64,000 bases of DNA from an uncultured delta proteobacterium (GCA_963803975.1 CAWDOY010000003.1:192001-256000); one strand, 5' to 3'. Counted from the first letter of the stretch, positions 45,438 to 57,352 are shown. The notes: generated by a model not told the origin, from the sequence alone. Program-made: numbers and translations.

Positions 45438-46398
45438 ATGAACATATTAGTTTTAGGCGCAGGTGCAATCGGCTCGGTATTCGGGGGATTTCTTGCCAAA
45501 GCAGGGTCACCATGTGTGTCTCATAGCCCGGCATTCACACCTTGAAGCTATTAAAGAAAGAGGTCTTTTGATAGAAGGCATATGGGGAGAGCACGTAGTA
45601 GACAACTATAGCGGGGTATGAAAGTTTATCTGCTGTTAAGGAAAAAGAGAATCATAAGCTTTGACGTGATCCTTTTGACGGTAAAATCCTATGATACAGA
45701 GCCAATGCTTAAGGCATTGACTGCTTGCTTTCCTGACCCGCCGCCCATTGTCTCGCTGCAGAACGGACTGGGGAATATTGAGAACATAGAAACATATGCC
45801 GGAAGAGAAAAAACTATCGGCGGGCGGGTAATTTTTGGCGTGGAGTTTATAGAGCCCGGAAGAGTCAAGGTGACCGTATCAGCAGATAAAACCATGCTTG
45901 GCGGCCTGCCCGGAGGAATTGAAAGGGCGTTTGTTGAGAACTTTGCTCAGATGCTGACTGCTGCCGGTATACCGGCGGAGGCGACGGATTCGATAGAAAA
46001 ATATATTTGGGGCAAGGTTCTGTATAACTGCGCGTTGAACGGCCTTGCCACGGTTATGAAGGTGCATTACGGTGCATTGCTTGCGCATGAGGGGTCCCGG
46101 GAAATCATGCGTCAGATAGTTGACGGAGATATTCACGGTCATCAGGGCTAAGTCCATTGAACTCGACTGGAAGACCCCTGATGAATACACCGAGCAGCTG
46201 TTCTCAAAACTCATACCGCTTACCTTTGACCACCATCCTTCAATGCTGCAGGATATACTGCGGCATAAAAGAACTGAGATAGATGCCCTCAACGGGGCAG
46301 TAGTACAAAAGGGCATGGAAAGGGACATTGACCTGCCCTATAACTGGGCAATAACAAAGCTTATAAAAGCACGGGAAGCGCTGAACTGCCAGCCATGA
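45438..46398 (+). CDS. panE: 2-dehydropantoate 2-reductase, frameshifted
   Basis: MNILVLGAGAIGS, TVKSYDT, LQNG, WGKVLYN, SMLQD, TEIDALNG. Confidence 0.88.
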
Positions 46399-46407
46399 GC
46401 AACGCAC

Positions 46408-47308
46408 ATGAAACAAAAGTCTGATGAGCTTTTAGACCGCTTCTATAATTATCTGGCCGTAGAACGGAGGCTGTGCGGCAAACACCCTGGAATCATATGG
46501 CAGAGATCTTAAAAAATATTTAGTTTTTCTTGAATCAAAAAGCGCCAGGACCGTTATCACCAGCACCCGCCATGACCTGCTTTCATTTCTAAATCACGAA
46601 AAAAAACACGGACTTTCTTCCCGCTCTCGAGCGCGGGCACTCTCATGCATAAAAACATTTTTTAAGTTTCTGGTTCAGGATGGCATACTGAAAAGAAACC
46701 CAATGCAGGATGTGGAAACCCCGCGGCTGGAAAAGAAGCTTCCCAATGTCTTGAGTTTAGCAGAAGTTGAAGCACTGATTAATGCGCCTGACACGAAAAC
46801 AGGGCTTGGATTAAGAGACCGTGCACTCTTTGAGCTGTTATATGCCGCCGGACTCAGGGTTTCTGAACTAATGTCTCTTACGGTTAATGCTCTTAATGTC
46901 GAAGCTGGTTTTATACTCGTCATGGGCAAGGGCTCAAAAGAGCGGGTCATTCCGGTCGGAGAAGAAGCTCTGAAATGGATAAAACAGTATGTGCTGGAAG
47001 CACGGCAAAAAATATTGCGCAACAGAACAAGCCGGTATCTCTTTACTAACCGCTCCGGGGCACGGATGAGCAGGCAGGGATTCTGGAAGCTGATAAAAAA
47101 ATATTGCTTGAAAATCGGCATTGTAAGGAAAATATCGCCACACACAGTGCGGCACTCATTTGCCAGCCATCTGCTTGCAGGCGGAGCCGATCTTCGCTCA
47201 GTACAAACAATGCTCGGGCATGAGGATATCTCAACCACACAAATTTACACCCACGTTGAAAAGGAACGGCTTAAAACCATACATGATAAATACCATCCAC
47301 GGGGGTAG
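46408..47308 (+). CDS. xerD: Site-specific tyrosine recombinase XerD, frameshift near 46480
   Basis: YLAVERRL...TLESYGRDL, RDRALFELLYAAGLRVSEL, GKGSKER, SRQGFW, SPHTVRHSFASHLL, LGHEDISTTQIYTHV. Confidence 0.92.
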
Positions 47309-47315
47309 TGTATAA

Positions 47316-47617
47316 ATTAAGGTTAAGGTTTAAGGTTTGGAGTTTAAGGTTCAAGGTTTAAATAATAATCTGGAACTCAAGAAATCAGGAAAATAATGTT
47401 TTAACCTTTGTGAGTTCCTGCCAGCGATGAGCTCAGTCGAATCGAGTTTCAAATTCAATCTTCTTTGTTTCTTTTTTAGTCTTTGCGGTTACCATTGGTT
47501 CCAGCTTGTACGGGTTCGATTAGCAGGCTGATAGAATATTTGCGCAAGTCAAATATCAAGGGAATAAAGTATAAATAACCTGTAAAATTAAACATTAAAC
47601 ACGAAACCTTAAACTTT
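47316..47617. repeat. Heptamer-repeat inverted arms flanking MITE copy 2
   Basis: (aaggttt)n-like tract at 47316-47361 and a complementary ttaaac/accttaaac tract at about 47586-47617. Confidence 0.5.
47364..47516 (-). mobile_element. MITE-like dispersed repeat, copy 2 (inverted relative to 20152-20306)
   Basis: Reverse complement of copy 1 with a few substitutions. Confidence 0.75.
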
Positions 47618-47624
47618 TTATTTA

Positions 47625-50252
47625 ATGGAAGTTATTACAACGCACATCAATGCTGATTTTGACGGCCTGGCATCTATGCTTGCAGCCAAGAAGCTGTATC
47701 CTGACGCGGTGCTTGCATTTCCGGGTGGTCAGGAAAAAAATCTTCGGGATTTTTTTCTGCGCTCAACCATGTATCTATTTCAGACTGAAAAAGTTAAAAA
47801 CATTCCGCTCAATAAGATACGGCGGCTGATCCTGGTAGACATCCGGCAGCCGCACCGCATCGGAAAATTTGCCGCGCTCTGCAACCGGGACGATGTCGAA
47901 GTTCATATCTATGACCATCATCCTGCTTCTCCGGAGGATATAACCGGAGCAGTAGAAAAGATAAAGCCGGTCGGTGCCACCTCAACCATACATGTGCCAG
48001 ATTCTACAGGAAAGGGGCATTGATATCACCCCTGATGAGGCGACTGTTCTCATGCTGGGTATATATGAGGACACGGGAAACCTTACCTTTGCCTCCACCA
48101 CTGCGGAAGATTTCCAGGCAGCCGCGTACCTCCTTGCTAAAGGTGCCAGACTCAACATGGTGTCTGATTTGATTACCCGGGAGCTCACTGCAGACCAGGT
48201 TTCGCTGCTCAATCAGCTGGTGGAAAATGCGACAATCAGGAATATTAACGGTATCCAGGTGATGTTTGCTACCGCATCATACAGCAGCTATGTGGGGGAA
48301 TTCTCGGTACTGGTCCATAGATTAAAAGATATGCAGAATGCCAATGTGCTGTTTGCTATTGCCAATATGGATGACAGAATCTACCTGGTAGCCAGAAGCC
48401 GCATTCCTGAAGTCAATGCCGGGGAGTTGTATCTGAATTCGGCGGGGGAGGGCATCCGACGGCAGCTGCAGCAACCATACACAACATGACCCTGTCCCAG
48501 GTGGAACAGAAACTGCTGGAAGTGCTGCATAGCAAAATCAAACCGGTGAAGACAGCAAGGGATTTTATGGCTTCACCGGTAAAGGTCATTGCGGCAGATG
48601 AAACAGTGCAGAAAGCCGGCGAGCTGCTGACACGATATAATATAAACGTGCTTCCTGTCGTGGACAGAGAGAAACTGGTGGGTCTCATTTCGCGGCAGAT
48701 CGTTGAAAAGGCATCTTTTCACGGATTAAAACAGGTATCGGTGAGTGATTTCATGACCACTGAATTTATTACGGTTGCGCCGCATACGCAGCTTTCCGCC
48801 ATTCAGCGCGCTATCATAGAGAACAATCAGCGTTTTCTTCCGGTGGTCAAAGGACGAACACTCGTTGGCGCTATCACCCGCACCGATCTGCTGCGGGTGC
48901 TCCATGTTGATGTCAGCCCTGACAGCCTTGAGATTGAACCATCGGCACACCCTTCACGGAAACGGATTATCAACGCCAGTTTACGGGAGCGGCTGACAAA
49001 ACCGCTGGTAGCACTTTTAAAAGATATTGGCCGGGTAGCCGACGATCTGGGATATAATGTGTATGCAGTGGGGGGCTTTGTGCGGGATGTTTTTCTCCGG
49101 TTTGAAAATTATGATATTGATATAGTGGTGGAAGGTGACGGTATCAAATTTGCCCGTGCCTTTGCAGCCGCACGCCATGGTAAGTTGAAAGAGCATAAAA
49201 GATTCGGCACTGCAGTTTTGCAGCTCCCCGAAGGGCTGAAAATTGATGTTGCATCAGCGCGGCTTGAGTACTATGAGCATCCGGCTGCTCAACCGCAGGT
49301 TGAGTGGAGCTCTATTAAACTTGATCTGTATAGAAGGGATTTCACCATCAATACGCTTGCTATCCAGCTTAATCAGTCTTCATGGGGCAGCCTCATCGAT
49401 TTTTTCGGCGCCAGCCGTGATATAAAGGAAAAGTTTATCCGTATTCTTCACAACCTGAGCTTTGTTGAAGACCCTACACGGATATTTCGCGCACTGCGTT
49501 TTGAGCAGCGATTTTCATTCCGCCTGAGCAAGCTTACCAGAAGCCTGATAGAAAATGCCATTAAGATGGACTTTTTGAAGAACCTGAGCGGCAAGCGTAT
49601 AGATACCGAGCTGCAGCTTATATTAAAGGAGGAAAAGGCGCTTTCCATTATACGGCGCATGGCGGAATTCGGGTTGCTTACCTATATTCACCCGGCAATT
49701 CAATATACGGCAGGAATGAAAGCCCTGCTCAAAAACTGCAAAGATGTATGGTCCTGGTTTAAACTGCTCTTTCTTGACGATACGTGCGAGCAGTGGCTGG
49801 TCTACTTTATCGGGCTTATTGACCAGCTGACCATCGCTGAAACAGAGTCCCTGTGCACGTCTTTCCATATACATAAAAATGAAGCGGGGAAAATAATGAG
49901 CGCAAAAACTCAGGGGCTTGAGGTATTGAACTGGATGCTCACCAAACGCTCATTTAAAAACAGCGAACTGTATCGACATCTCAATGGCCTGCCGGTTGAG
50001 GTATGCCTCTACCTGATGGCAAAAACAAATCAGCAGGCGGTTAAAAAGGCTGTTTCCCTCTATTTTACTCATTTGCAGAATTGCACCATACACGTAACCG
50101 GAGATGATCTCATCCGCATGGGAATAAAACCGGGAAAGATCTATACGCAGATACTGGATGATCTGCATAATGCCGTCCTTGATGAAAAAGTAGCGGGCAG
50201 AAAGAATGAGCTTGAATATATCAGAAAAAAATTCACCAAAGAGGTCGCATAA
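47625..50252 (+). CDS. DHH-CBS-tRNA nucleotidyltransferase (CCA/A-adding type), two frameshifts
   Basis: THINADFDG, YDHH, GIYEDTG, CBS pair, VGGFVRD, DIDIVVEGD, DLYRRDFTIN, EDPTRIFRALRF. Confidence 0.88.
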
Positions 50253-50365
50253 CAGCGCTTTTTTGCTGAAGACAAAAGCATCCCTTTACTTTAGGATACG
50301 TTTGTATTAATAAAGATAACCTTTCCCAATGCATCTGCCATAAAGTTACAAACAGCATTAATATT

Positions 50366-51139
50366 ATGACCTACAAGGTAAAATTGGAAATATTTGAGGG
50401 TCCTCTCGATCTGCTGCTCTATCTTATAAGAAAGAATGAGATAGATATCTACGATATTCATATTATTACCATAACGCAGCAGTACCTGGAATATCTTGAC
50501 CTGATGAAGGCTCTCAACCTTGAAATTGCTGGAGAATTTCTGGTCATGGCGGCGACGCTTATGCATATCAAGTCAAGGTCCCTGCTGCCCAACCAGGACG
50601 ATGAAAGCGCTGAAGAGCAGGGGCCTGATCCCCTTGAGGAACTGCGCCGGCAGCTTATTGAATATCAGCAATACCGGGATGCCGCCCTCGTACTCAAAGA
50701 TAAAGAGATCCTTGAAAAAGATGTTTTCACCAGGAGCTATTTTGAAGAACGGAACTTAAAACTGGGCGACAGCGCTGAGCTGGGTGATCTCAGCCTTTTT
50801 GATCTGTTAAGCGCGCTGAAGACCGTCCTTAATAAAACCGGTAACAGCGAATCGCTCATGCAGTTGACTGCTGAGCAGATATCGGTAAAGGACAAGATTG
50901 CCTGGATTCTGGAAACGCTTAAGGATAAAAAATCGCTGACATTTGATTCCCTGTTCAAAGATCTGTGCAGCAAGATTGAGATTGTCAGCACCTTTCTTGC
51001 GCTGCTTGAATTAATACGCCTGCAGGCAGTAAAGGTATTACAGCAAACACTGTTCGGCACCATCCATATATATTCGATTGATGCCGGGGCTGATAACAGT
51101 GAAGCACTGGCAGCCACAGTCGATGAATCATACAGCTAA
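50366..51139 (+). CDS. scpA: Segregation and condensation protein A
   Basis: FEGPLDLLLYLI, FLVMAATL..IKSR.LLP, TFLALLEL. Confidence 0.95.
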   Translation: MTYKVKLEIFEGPLDLLLYLIRKNEIDIYDIHIITITQQYLEYLDLMKALNLEIAGEFLVMAATLMHIKSRSLLPNQDDESAEEQGPDPLEELRRQLIEYQQYRDAALVLKDKEILEKDVFTRSYFEERNLKLGDSAELGDLSLFDLLSALKTVLNKTGNSESLMQLTAEQISVKDKIAWILETLKDKKSLTFDSLFKDLCSKIEIVSTFLALLELIRLQAVKVLQQTLFGTIHIYSIDAGADNSEALAATVDESYS

Positions 51140-51211
51140 GTCTTCGATTTATAAATTCGATGACGAATTTTAAATCAGTGAGTTGGAATTTGATTTTTAG
51201 CAAGGAGCACC

Positions 51212-51958
51212 ATGGATAGAACGGAGCTTAAACCGATAATAGAAGCCCTCATTTTTGCATCTGATACGCCCTTGACCGTTGAAAAGATCAAGCAGATTCT
51301 GGAGAACGTTACTAAAAAAGAGATTGATGAGACAATTGAAGAATTACAAAAGGAATACCAGGAGCAGAACCGCGGCTTCCAGATGAAAGAAGTGGCTAAT
51401 GGCTATCAGCTGCGCACCCAGACCGCCTTTTCCCCGTGGCTGAAAAGGCTTAAAAAGACAAAACCATTCCGCCTGACCCAGCCAACGCTTGAGTCCCTGG
51501 CAATTATTGCCTACCGGCAGCCGATTACCAGAATGGAGGTTGAGAAAATAAGAGGCGTTGACACCGGCGGCGTACTGAAAACATTACTGGATAAAAAGCT
51601 GATCAGTATTGTCGGTAAAAAAGATGTTCCGGGGAAACCATTCCTGTTCGCTACAACAAAAACATTCCTTGAGGTGTTCGGGCTTGAAAATCTTGCCAGC
51701 CTGCCAACCTTGAAAGATATTGATGATCTGGATACTGCTCATCTGCCGACACTGGTGCGGGAGTCAAACCTGAATGAAATAGATGAGGTCTTTCTGCCGG
51801 AGACTGATGATGCAGAGGAAGGGCAGGGTACCGGTGAGCCTGAGCCACGGATTGAAGATGATAAGCCGTCATTGCCTGTAGCCAATGACGAATCAGATCC
51901 TAAACTGCCGGAAGATGAGGAAGATGATCACACCTCATGCTGTGGACGGATGACCTGA
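51212..51958 (+). CDS. scpB: Segregation and condensation protein B
   Basis: IEALIF, GYQLRT, LESLAIIAYRQPIT, IRGV, FLEVFGL...LP. Confidence 0.95.
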   Translation: MDRTELKPIIEALIFASDTPLTVEKIKQILENVTKKEIDETIEELQKEYQEQNRGFQMKEVANGYQLRTQTAFSPWLKRLKKTKPFRLTQPTLESLAIIAYRQPITRMEVEKIRGVDTGGVLKTLLDKKLISIVGKKDVPGKPFLFATTKTFLEVFGLENLASLPTLKDIDDLDTAHLPTLVRESNLNEIDEVFLPETDDAEEGQGTGEPEPRIEDDKPSLPVANDESDPKLPEDEEDDHTSCCGRMT

Positions 51959-52692
51959 TGAAAATACGTCTGCAAAAAATATTGTCACAGGCCGGGATTG
52001 CGTCACGCAGAAAGGCAGAGGAACTGATTCAGGAAGGGGCAATCCGCGTTAACGGTGTGGTGGTAAAGGAGATGGGCACAAAAGCAGATCCTCTGCGTGA
52101 CTGCATTGAAGTAGCAGGAAAGGTAATCCCGGAGCCTCAAAAAAAAGTCTATGTCATGTTACATAAGCCAAAGGGCTACGTAACAACGCTCCGCGATCCT
52201 GAAGGCCGGCCCACGGTTATTGATCTGGTTAATACCATAACGGAGCGGCTCTACCCGGTAGGGCGGCTTGATTATGATACGGAAGGACTGCTGGTACTCA
52301 CTAATGACGGTGACTGTGCCCAGGCGCTGCAGCATCCGCGCCACAATGTCGCACGCACCTATCTGGTTAAAGTACGGGGGCGGGCTCCTGAAACAGTATT
52401 GAGCCGGCTGCAAAGGGGGATTACTATTGATGGGGTTAAGACCGGCAAGGCCCGGATCACTGTTCACCGGGTATTAGGAAAAAACTCCTGGCTGCAGATG
52501 GCAATCTGGGAGGGGAAAAACCGCCAGATAAAAAATATGTTTGCAGCGGTAGGGTATCCGGTTATGAGAATCCTGAGAATTGGCTTCGGGCCGCTGCAAC
52601 TTGACCAGAATCTGGAGCCGGGCGAATACCGGAATTTACGTAAAGATGAAATAAAGCTTCTCATGAAGCTTATGGAACCATCTCCAGATTGA
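51958..52692 (+). CDS. rluB: 23S rRNA pseudouridine synthase (RluB/RsuA family)
   Basis: RLQKILSQAGIASRRKAE, KPKG, PVGRLDYDTEGLL, EGKNRQI. Confidence 0.88.
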   Translation: MKIRLQKILSQAGIASRRKAEELIQEGAIRVNGVVVKEMGTKADPLRDCIEVAGKVIPEPQKKVYVMLHKPKGYVTTLRDPEGRPTVIDLVNTITERLYPVGRLDYDTEGLLVLTNDGDCAQALQHPRHNVARTYLVKVRGRAPETVLSRLQRGITIDGVKTGKARITVHRVLGKNSWLQMAIWEGKNRQIKNMFAAVGYPVMRILRIGFGPLQLDQNLEPGEYRNLRKDEIKLLMKLMEPSPD

Positions 52693-54060
52693 GATAGTAC
52701 CCGTACGGCCCCCGTTGAATGAGAACCAGAATAGTTTCCCGCTGCGCATTGCGGGCTATGTTCTTCTTAAAATCTTCCATGTTCTTAATCTCGTTTTCAT
52801 TTATCTGCAGCATGATGTCTCCGGGTTTCAGACCCCGCTGCTCAGCCTGTCCATTATCCTGCGTACTTTTAATGACTACTCCCTGGTCGGCATAAAGACC
52901 GTATTTTTTCGCGACAGCAGCATTATTTTCCATGACCGCTATCCCCAGCACCTTCCAGCATACCTCATCAACCAGAGAGACAGGAAAAGCTATGGCCTTG
53001 ATGGCATACTCTTTCTGGCTACTGTCTCTGAAGACGGACAGTGCAATGGTATTATCTGCTGTGTAGGAATAGAGCATGGTGGCGAACGATTCCTTTGATT
53101 TGACCGGCTGTTGGTCAATGGCAGTAATGATATCACCGCGTCTTGAGTCCCGCTTGATAAGCAGGGCTCGCAGGAAGGACGGTTGTTATCATGACGCCAT
53201 GTTTACCCGGATAGCTGAACTGCTGAGCAATCTTTCTACTCAAATTCTGTACATATATGCCCAGCCACGGGGAGCGGACTTCTCCATAGCGCAGCAAATC
53301 GTTTATAATTCGCTTAGCGGTATTTACCGGGATGGCAAAGCCAATTCCCTGTGCTTCTCCATATATCGCCGTATTAATACCGATCAGCTCGCCTTTAATA
53401 TTCAGTAACGGGCCGCCGCTGTTGCCGGGATTAATGGAAGCATCAGTTTGAATAAAATTTTCATACCGTTCGTCGTCCTTTTTTATTGAGCGGTGAAGAG
53501 CGCTTACAACACCGGTGGTCACGGTATTAGAAAGTCCAAAGGGGTTGCCGATTGCAATGACGGTTTCACCGATCAGCAAGTTGTCGGAATCTCCGATTTT
53601 AACGCAAGGAAAAGGCTGGTTTGATTTTATCTTCAGGATTGCCAAATCGGATTTAGGATCTGAGCCGATTAAAAGGGCGTCATATTCTTTTTCATCCAGT
53701 GTCGCAACCTTGATGGTTGAGGAATTCTGAACTACATGCCAGTTTGTTATAAGGTAACCATTTTCGTCTATGATCACGCCCGAGCCCAGGCTGGTCCTGA
53801 ATTGATTTGTTCTCATACCGCGGTTCTGTAAAATCATCAAAAAACCTGTCGAAGTAGGGGTCTCCGGTATAACCGGTGAATGGGTTAACTCTCTCTTTTA
53901 CTTTTTCATAGGTGCTTACGTTTACCACAGCAGCTTTTGTTTCCTGGACAGCTTTCACCACCGGGGTTATTCTGATATCTTCACCATAAACACTGCCACA
54001 CGAAAAAATGAGCGCAAGTATAGCGAATAGGGCACCATAGAACCTGAAACTTGATTTCAT
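52670..54060 (-). CDS. HtrA/DegQ family serine protease with PDZ domains, frameshifted
   Basis: Signal peptide, SLGSGVII, TNWHVV, DLAILK, QTDASINPGNSGGPL, two PDZ fragments across three ORFs. Confidence 0.88.
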
Positions 54061-54088
54061 GTCAGAAAGCACCTTAGCAATAGCAATT

Positions 54089-54116
54089 AGTTAACATAAT
54101 ATATATTATCAGACAT
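54089..54116 (-). other. dif: dif site (XerC/XerD chromosome dimer resolution site)
   Basis: Minus strand ATGTCTGATAA-TATATA-TTATGTTAACT has the 11-6-11 layout. The XerD arm differs by one base from E. coli TTATGTTAAAT. Intergenic. Confidence 0.85.
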
Positions 54117-54271
54117 TATATAAAAACACTATGAACTGGAAACCTTCAGAGCATTTCTCATGTATTCGCTCAGCAAACGAAAAGAAAGCCCTTTCACATG
54201 CCTCTCATAAAGCTCTGAGGTAAAAGATATAACCACTTGAATTAAATTATTAGATAAATGCAGATAAACTA

Positions 54272-54308
54272 AAGGCACGGCTTTATATTATCAGATGTGC
54301 CGTGCCTT
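54272..54308 (-). terminator. Stem-loop, probable terminator after the liv SBP gene
   Basis: aaggcacggc ... gccgtgcctt, just downstream of the stop at 54332. Confidence 0.6.
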
Positions 54309-54331
54309 ATAGTTTAAAATATTTATAGCTG

Positions 54332-55480
54332 TTAATCAATCAATTTCCACTTACCGTCCTTCACGGTAATCATAACCATTGAATCAACACCCAGACCACA
54401 GTGGTCGGTTGGAGACATATTATAAATGCCGCTTATGCTCACAAAGCCCTTCGTATTCTCAATACCATCGCGCACTTTCTCTGGCAGTGTGCTGCCTGAT
54501 TTTTTCATGGCATTTACCACCAGCATGATGGCATCCCAGGCATAACCTGAGTGCGTGCTGACCTTGCCGTATTTTTTTACATTCTCATACTCATTTACAA
54601 ATTCCTGAATTAATTTTTTCTGCGGATCAGTGTCGGAAAGCTGATCAGGTACCATCAATTTAGTGGAAGGCATCATGGTTCCTTCTGCAGCACTGCCGGC
54701 GAGCTCAAGATATTTCGGATCAGGAAGACCATGGCACTGAATAAGGGGTATCTTGAAATCAAGCTGCTTGACATTTTTTGCTACAATAGAGCCTGGCGGC
54801 CCTATGGTCCAGCAGATCAGGGCCTGCGCGTCAGCTCCCTTAAGCTTGGTGAGCTGTACCGTCATGTCTGAATCAGTAATATCAAATTTCTCCTGAGCGA
54901 CTATCGTGATGCCGTATTTCTCAGAAAGCGCTTTTAATGATTTTTCACCTTCTTCGCCAAATTTGTCAGATGCAGTGATAAGAGCAACCTTTTTTATGCC
55001 CTGTTTCTGCAGATACTGATACACCTTTTCAACAGCTGTTATTGTTTTTTGCGGCGACTTAAATACCCATTTTCGGACCGGGTTAACCGGGGGAGTGCCG
55101 CCAACACAGGCAACAGTAGGAATACCGGCCTTGTCAACAATGTTTAAGATAGCCATTGCGCTTTCAGTCCTGGTCGGGCCAATAAGAGCAACAACCTTCT
55201 CTTTTTCAATTAACCGTTTCGCCTGCAGGGCAGCCTTGCCGGCATCACTTTCAGAATCGCCGAAGACCAGCAGTATCGGGCTGCCGTTGACCCCGCCTTC
55301 TTTATTGATCCTTTCAACAGCCATCTCTGCAACATGCTTAGACGGTGTTCCAATGTGTCCTGCCGGCCCTGACAGATCAAACAGGCAGCCGATCTTTATG
55401 GGTTCAGCAGCATTTGCATAGCCACCTACAGTAATTATAGATAGCGCAATAAGCAGTACAATAAATCCCCTCATCTTCAT
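54332..55480 (-). CDS. Branched-chain-amino-acid-type ABC substrate-binding protein (LivK-like, possibly for aromatic acids)
   Basis: Signal peptide, IKIGCLFDLSGP, INKEGGVNG, AWDA, DHCGL; ATG at 55480 with RBS ggaggg. Confidence 0.88.
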   Translation of the reverse strand: MKMRGFIVLLIALSIITVGGYANAAEPIKIGCLFDLSGPAGHIGTPSKHVAEMAVERINKEGGVNGSPILLVFGDSESDAGKAALQAKRLIEKEKVVALIGPTRTESAMAILNIVDKAGIPTVACVGGTPPVNPVRKWVFKSPQKTITAVEKVYQYLQKQGIKKVALITASDKFGEEGEKSLKALSEKYGITIVAQEKFDITDSDMTVQLTKLKGADAQALICWTIGPPGSIVAKNVKQLDFKIPLIQCHGLPDPKYLELAGSAAEGTMMPSTKLMVPDQLSDTDPQKKLIQEFVNEYENVKKYGKVSTHSGYAWDAIMLVVNAMKKSGSTLPEKVRDGIENTKGFVSISGIYNMSPTDHCGLGVDSMVMITVKDGKWKLID

Positions 55481-55512
55481 AATTCCCTCCCCTGGTGTGT
55501 TACATTGAGAGA

Positions 55513-55557
55513 AGGGCAAAGTACCGTGATTAATTAATGCATACGGTACCCCGCCCT
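55513..55557. repeat. Intergenic stem-loop upstream of the SBP gene
   Basis: agggc..gtaccgt gattaattaatgcat acggtac..gccct. Confidence 0.5.
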
Positions 55558-55574
55558 GCCCTGTTTATTTTACG

Positions 55575-56507
55575 TTAAAAATGAAGGACCAGGTCCGCAG
55601 TGTAGCGGTCATCCATTAATCCGTCATTCGGGTTAGTTAGAGGTAATTCATAGGCAAAGCCAAAATCCAGATTTTTAAAAACACCTGCCTGCTCAAATAT
55701 CCGGTAGCGGAAGCCGGCTGCCATGGTAACAAAATTGCGGTGATCAAGGCCATGCTGTCGATCCCAGGTTGATGACATCGCCGCCCTCAAATTTGGCAAT
55801 GCTTGCTACCAGTTCTTCCCTGCCAGCCTGCCGCGCGACACAGAAATGGTTCAGCTCAATGAGCGGAAAGAACCGCGGCGTGAGCGCATAGCTGACATGG
55901 TAGCTCTGATAAATTTCCATGCTTTCCTGTTTTGCATTAAACGGGATAATCATCCCCAGGGTTCCCATAAACTGCCATTTATCATAGCCTTTAAGAAACG
56001 TTACGGACGGGGCTGCGTTACCATCTCCATTGCCCTGAAAGACATCTCTGGCTGCCCTGTGAAAATTCAAAGAGCATTTTTCCTGAAACGATAAATTCTT
56101 CCTGCGGGCAATAATACAGGGCATACTTAAACCCGGCAGCTATGTCTCCCCAGCCGCTGGCATGCCCAAGAGTATGTTCTGGCTTGAAATCAATATACCC
56201 GTCTTTAGCAGCAATAAGTGAAAACTTCTCGTTAAACGCGTAGGTTGCTCTGACAGCCGTCAAATTTAAATGCCCGTTAAGAGGGACCCGTCCCAGCTTG
56301 GTGCTGATCCGTTTCGGCAAGGTTCTGATAGCCGTTTACTACATGAACATAGGACCTGTTCTGCGCCTCATCAAAATAGACTGGATTGGTAACCGGTTTA
56401 ATAAAGCGGGCAAACGGGTCTTCAGCGGCGGTGCAGATTCCGCTGGAGAACACAATGGCAGTTATTGTAAGCAGTAATATCGGTAATTTCAGTAGCATTC
56501 CTTTCAT
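55575..56507 (-). CDS. Putative outer-membrane beta-barrel protein, about three frameshifts
   Basis: Signal peptide, alternating aromatic/hydrophobic strands (GWGDIAAGFKYAL, GFRYR, FGFAYELP), C-terminal Phe; four tiled ORFs. Confidence 0.6.
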
Positions 56508-56606
56508 TCGTACCCCTTTCTTTGTTGATTAGCTCATGACAATAGGTTTTAGTTTAAACTGTGCATTACTGGCTGTTATCACCTCCCTGCGCTTATAAAT
56601 TTCAAA

Positions 56607-57329
56607 TCATAGACCCCGGGTCTTTCCCAGATAGGCTCTTTGAATCTCCTTGTTTTCAAGCAGCTCCTCGCGTGAACCCTGAAGCACTATTTTGCCCGTT
56701 TCCAGAACGTAGCCGCGATCGGCGATAGAAAGCGCCATTTTAGCGTTCTGCTCCACCAGCAGAATAGTGGTCCCCTTCTCTCTCAGCTTTTCAATCTTAT
56801 TGAATATCTCTTTTACCATCAGCGGCGACAGGCCCATAGATGGTTCATCGAGCAGAAGCAGCTGCGGTGCTGCCATGAGAGCCCGCCCGATGGCAAGCAT
56901 CTGCTGCTCTCCGCCGCTTAAGGTACCTGCCATCTGATTTTTTCTGTCCTTGAGGGCCGGGAATAGATCAAAAATATCATGCAGGTCTTCCTGAAACTCC
57001 GTATCCGCTCGCATAATGCGCTGATATGCGCCAAGCAGTAAATTGTCCATAACCGAAAGCGTGCCGAAGATCTGCCGTCCCTCAGGCACCAGTGAGATAC
57101 CGTGTGCTACAATTTTTGAAGGCTGCCAGGAAGCTATTTTTTTGCCGCGAAACAGTATGGCACCTGTTTTTTCAGGCAGCAAACCCAATATGGTTTTAAG
57201 CAGGGTTGTTTTCCCAGCGCCGTTGGCGCCAATTAATACGACAATCTCCTGTTCTTTAACATGCAGCGAGACATTTTTAAGCGCCTGGATGTGGCCGTAA
57301 AATGTGTTAATATTTATAATACGAATCAC
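56607..57329 (-). CDS. livF: Branched-chain amino acid ABC ATPase
   Basis: GANGAGKT, VPEGR, LSGGEQQM, DEPSMGL, VEQN. Confidence 0.92.
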   Translation of the reverse strand: MIRIININTFYGHIQALKNVSLHVKEQEIVVLIGANGAGKTTLLKTILGLLPEKTGAILFRGKKIASWQPSKIVAHGISLVPEGRQIFGTLSVMDNLLLGAYQRIMRADTEFQEDLHDIFDLFPALKDRKNQMAGTLSGGEQQMLAIGRALMAAPQLLLLDEPSMGLSPLMVKEIFNKIEKLREKGTTILLVEQNAKMALSIADRGYVLETGKIVLQGSREELLENKEIQRAYLGKTRGL

Positions 57330-57352
57330 GATATTTCAACTAAAATATAACG

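Noticed and set aside
46408..47308. Tyrosine recombinase as a phage integrase or integron integrase
   Set aside because: Motifs (SRQGFW, SPHTVRHSFA) and position before the CBS-nucleotidyltransferase and scpAB genes match housekeeping XerD. No IntI insertion, attC array or phage genes are visible.
47316..47617. Short tandem repeats as a CRISPR array
   Set aside because: Units are 6-8 bp without unique spacers, and no cas genes are present.
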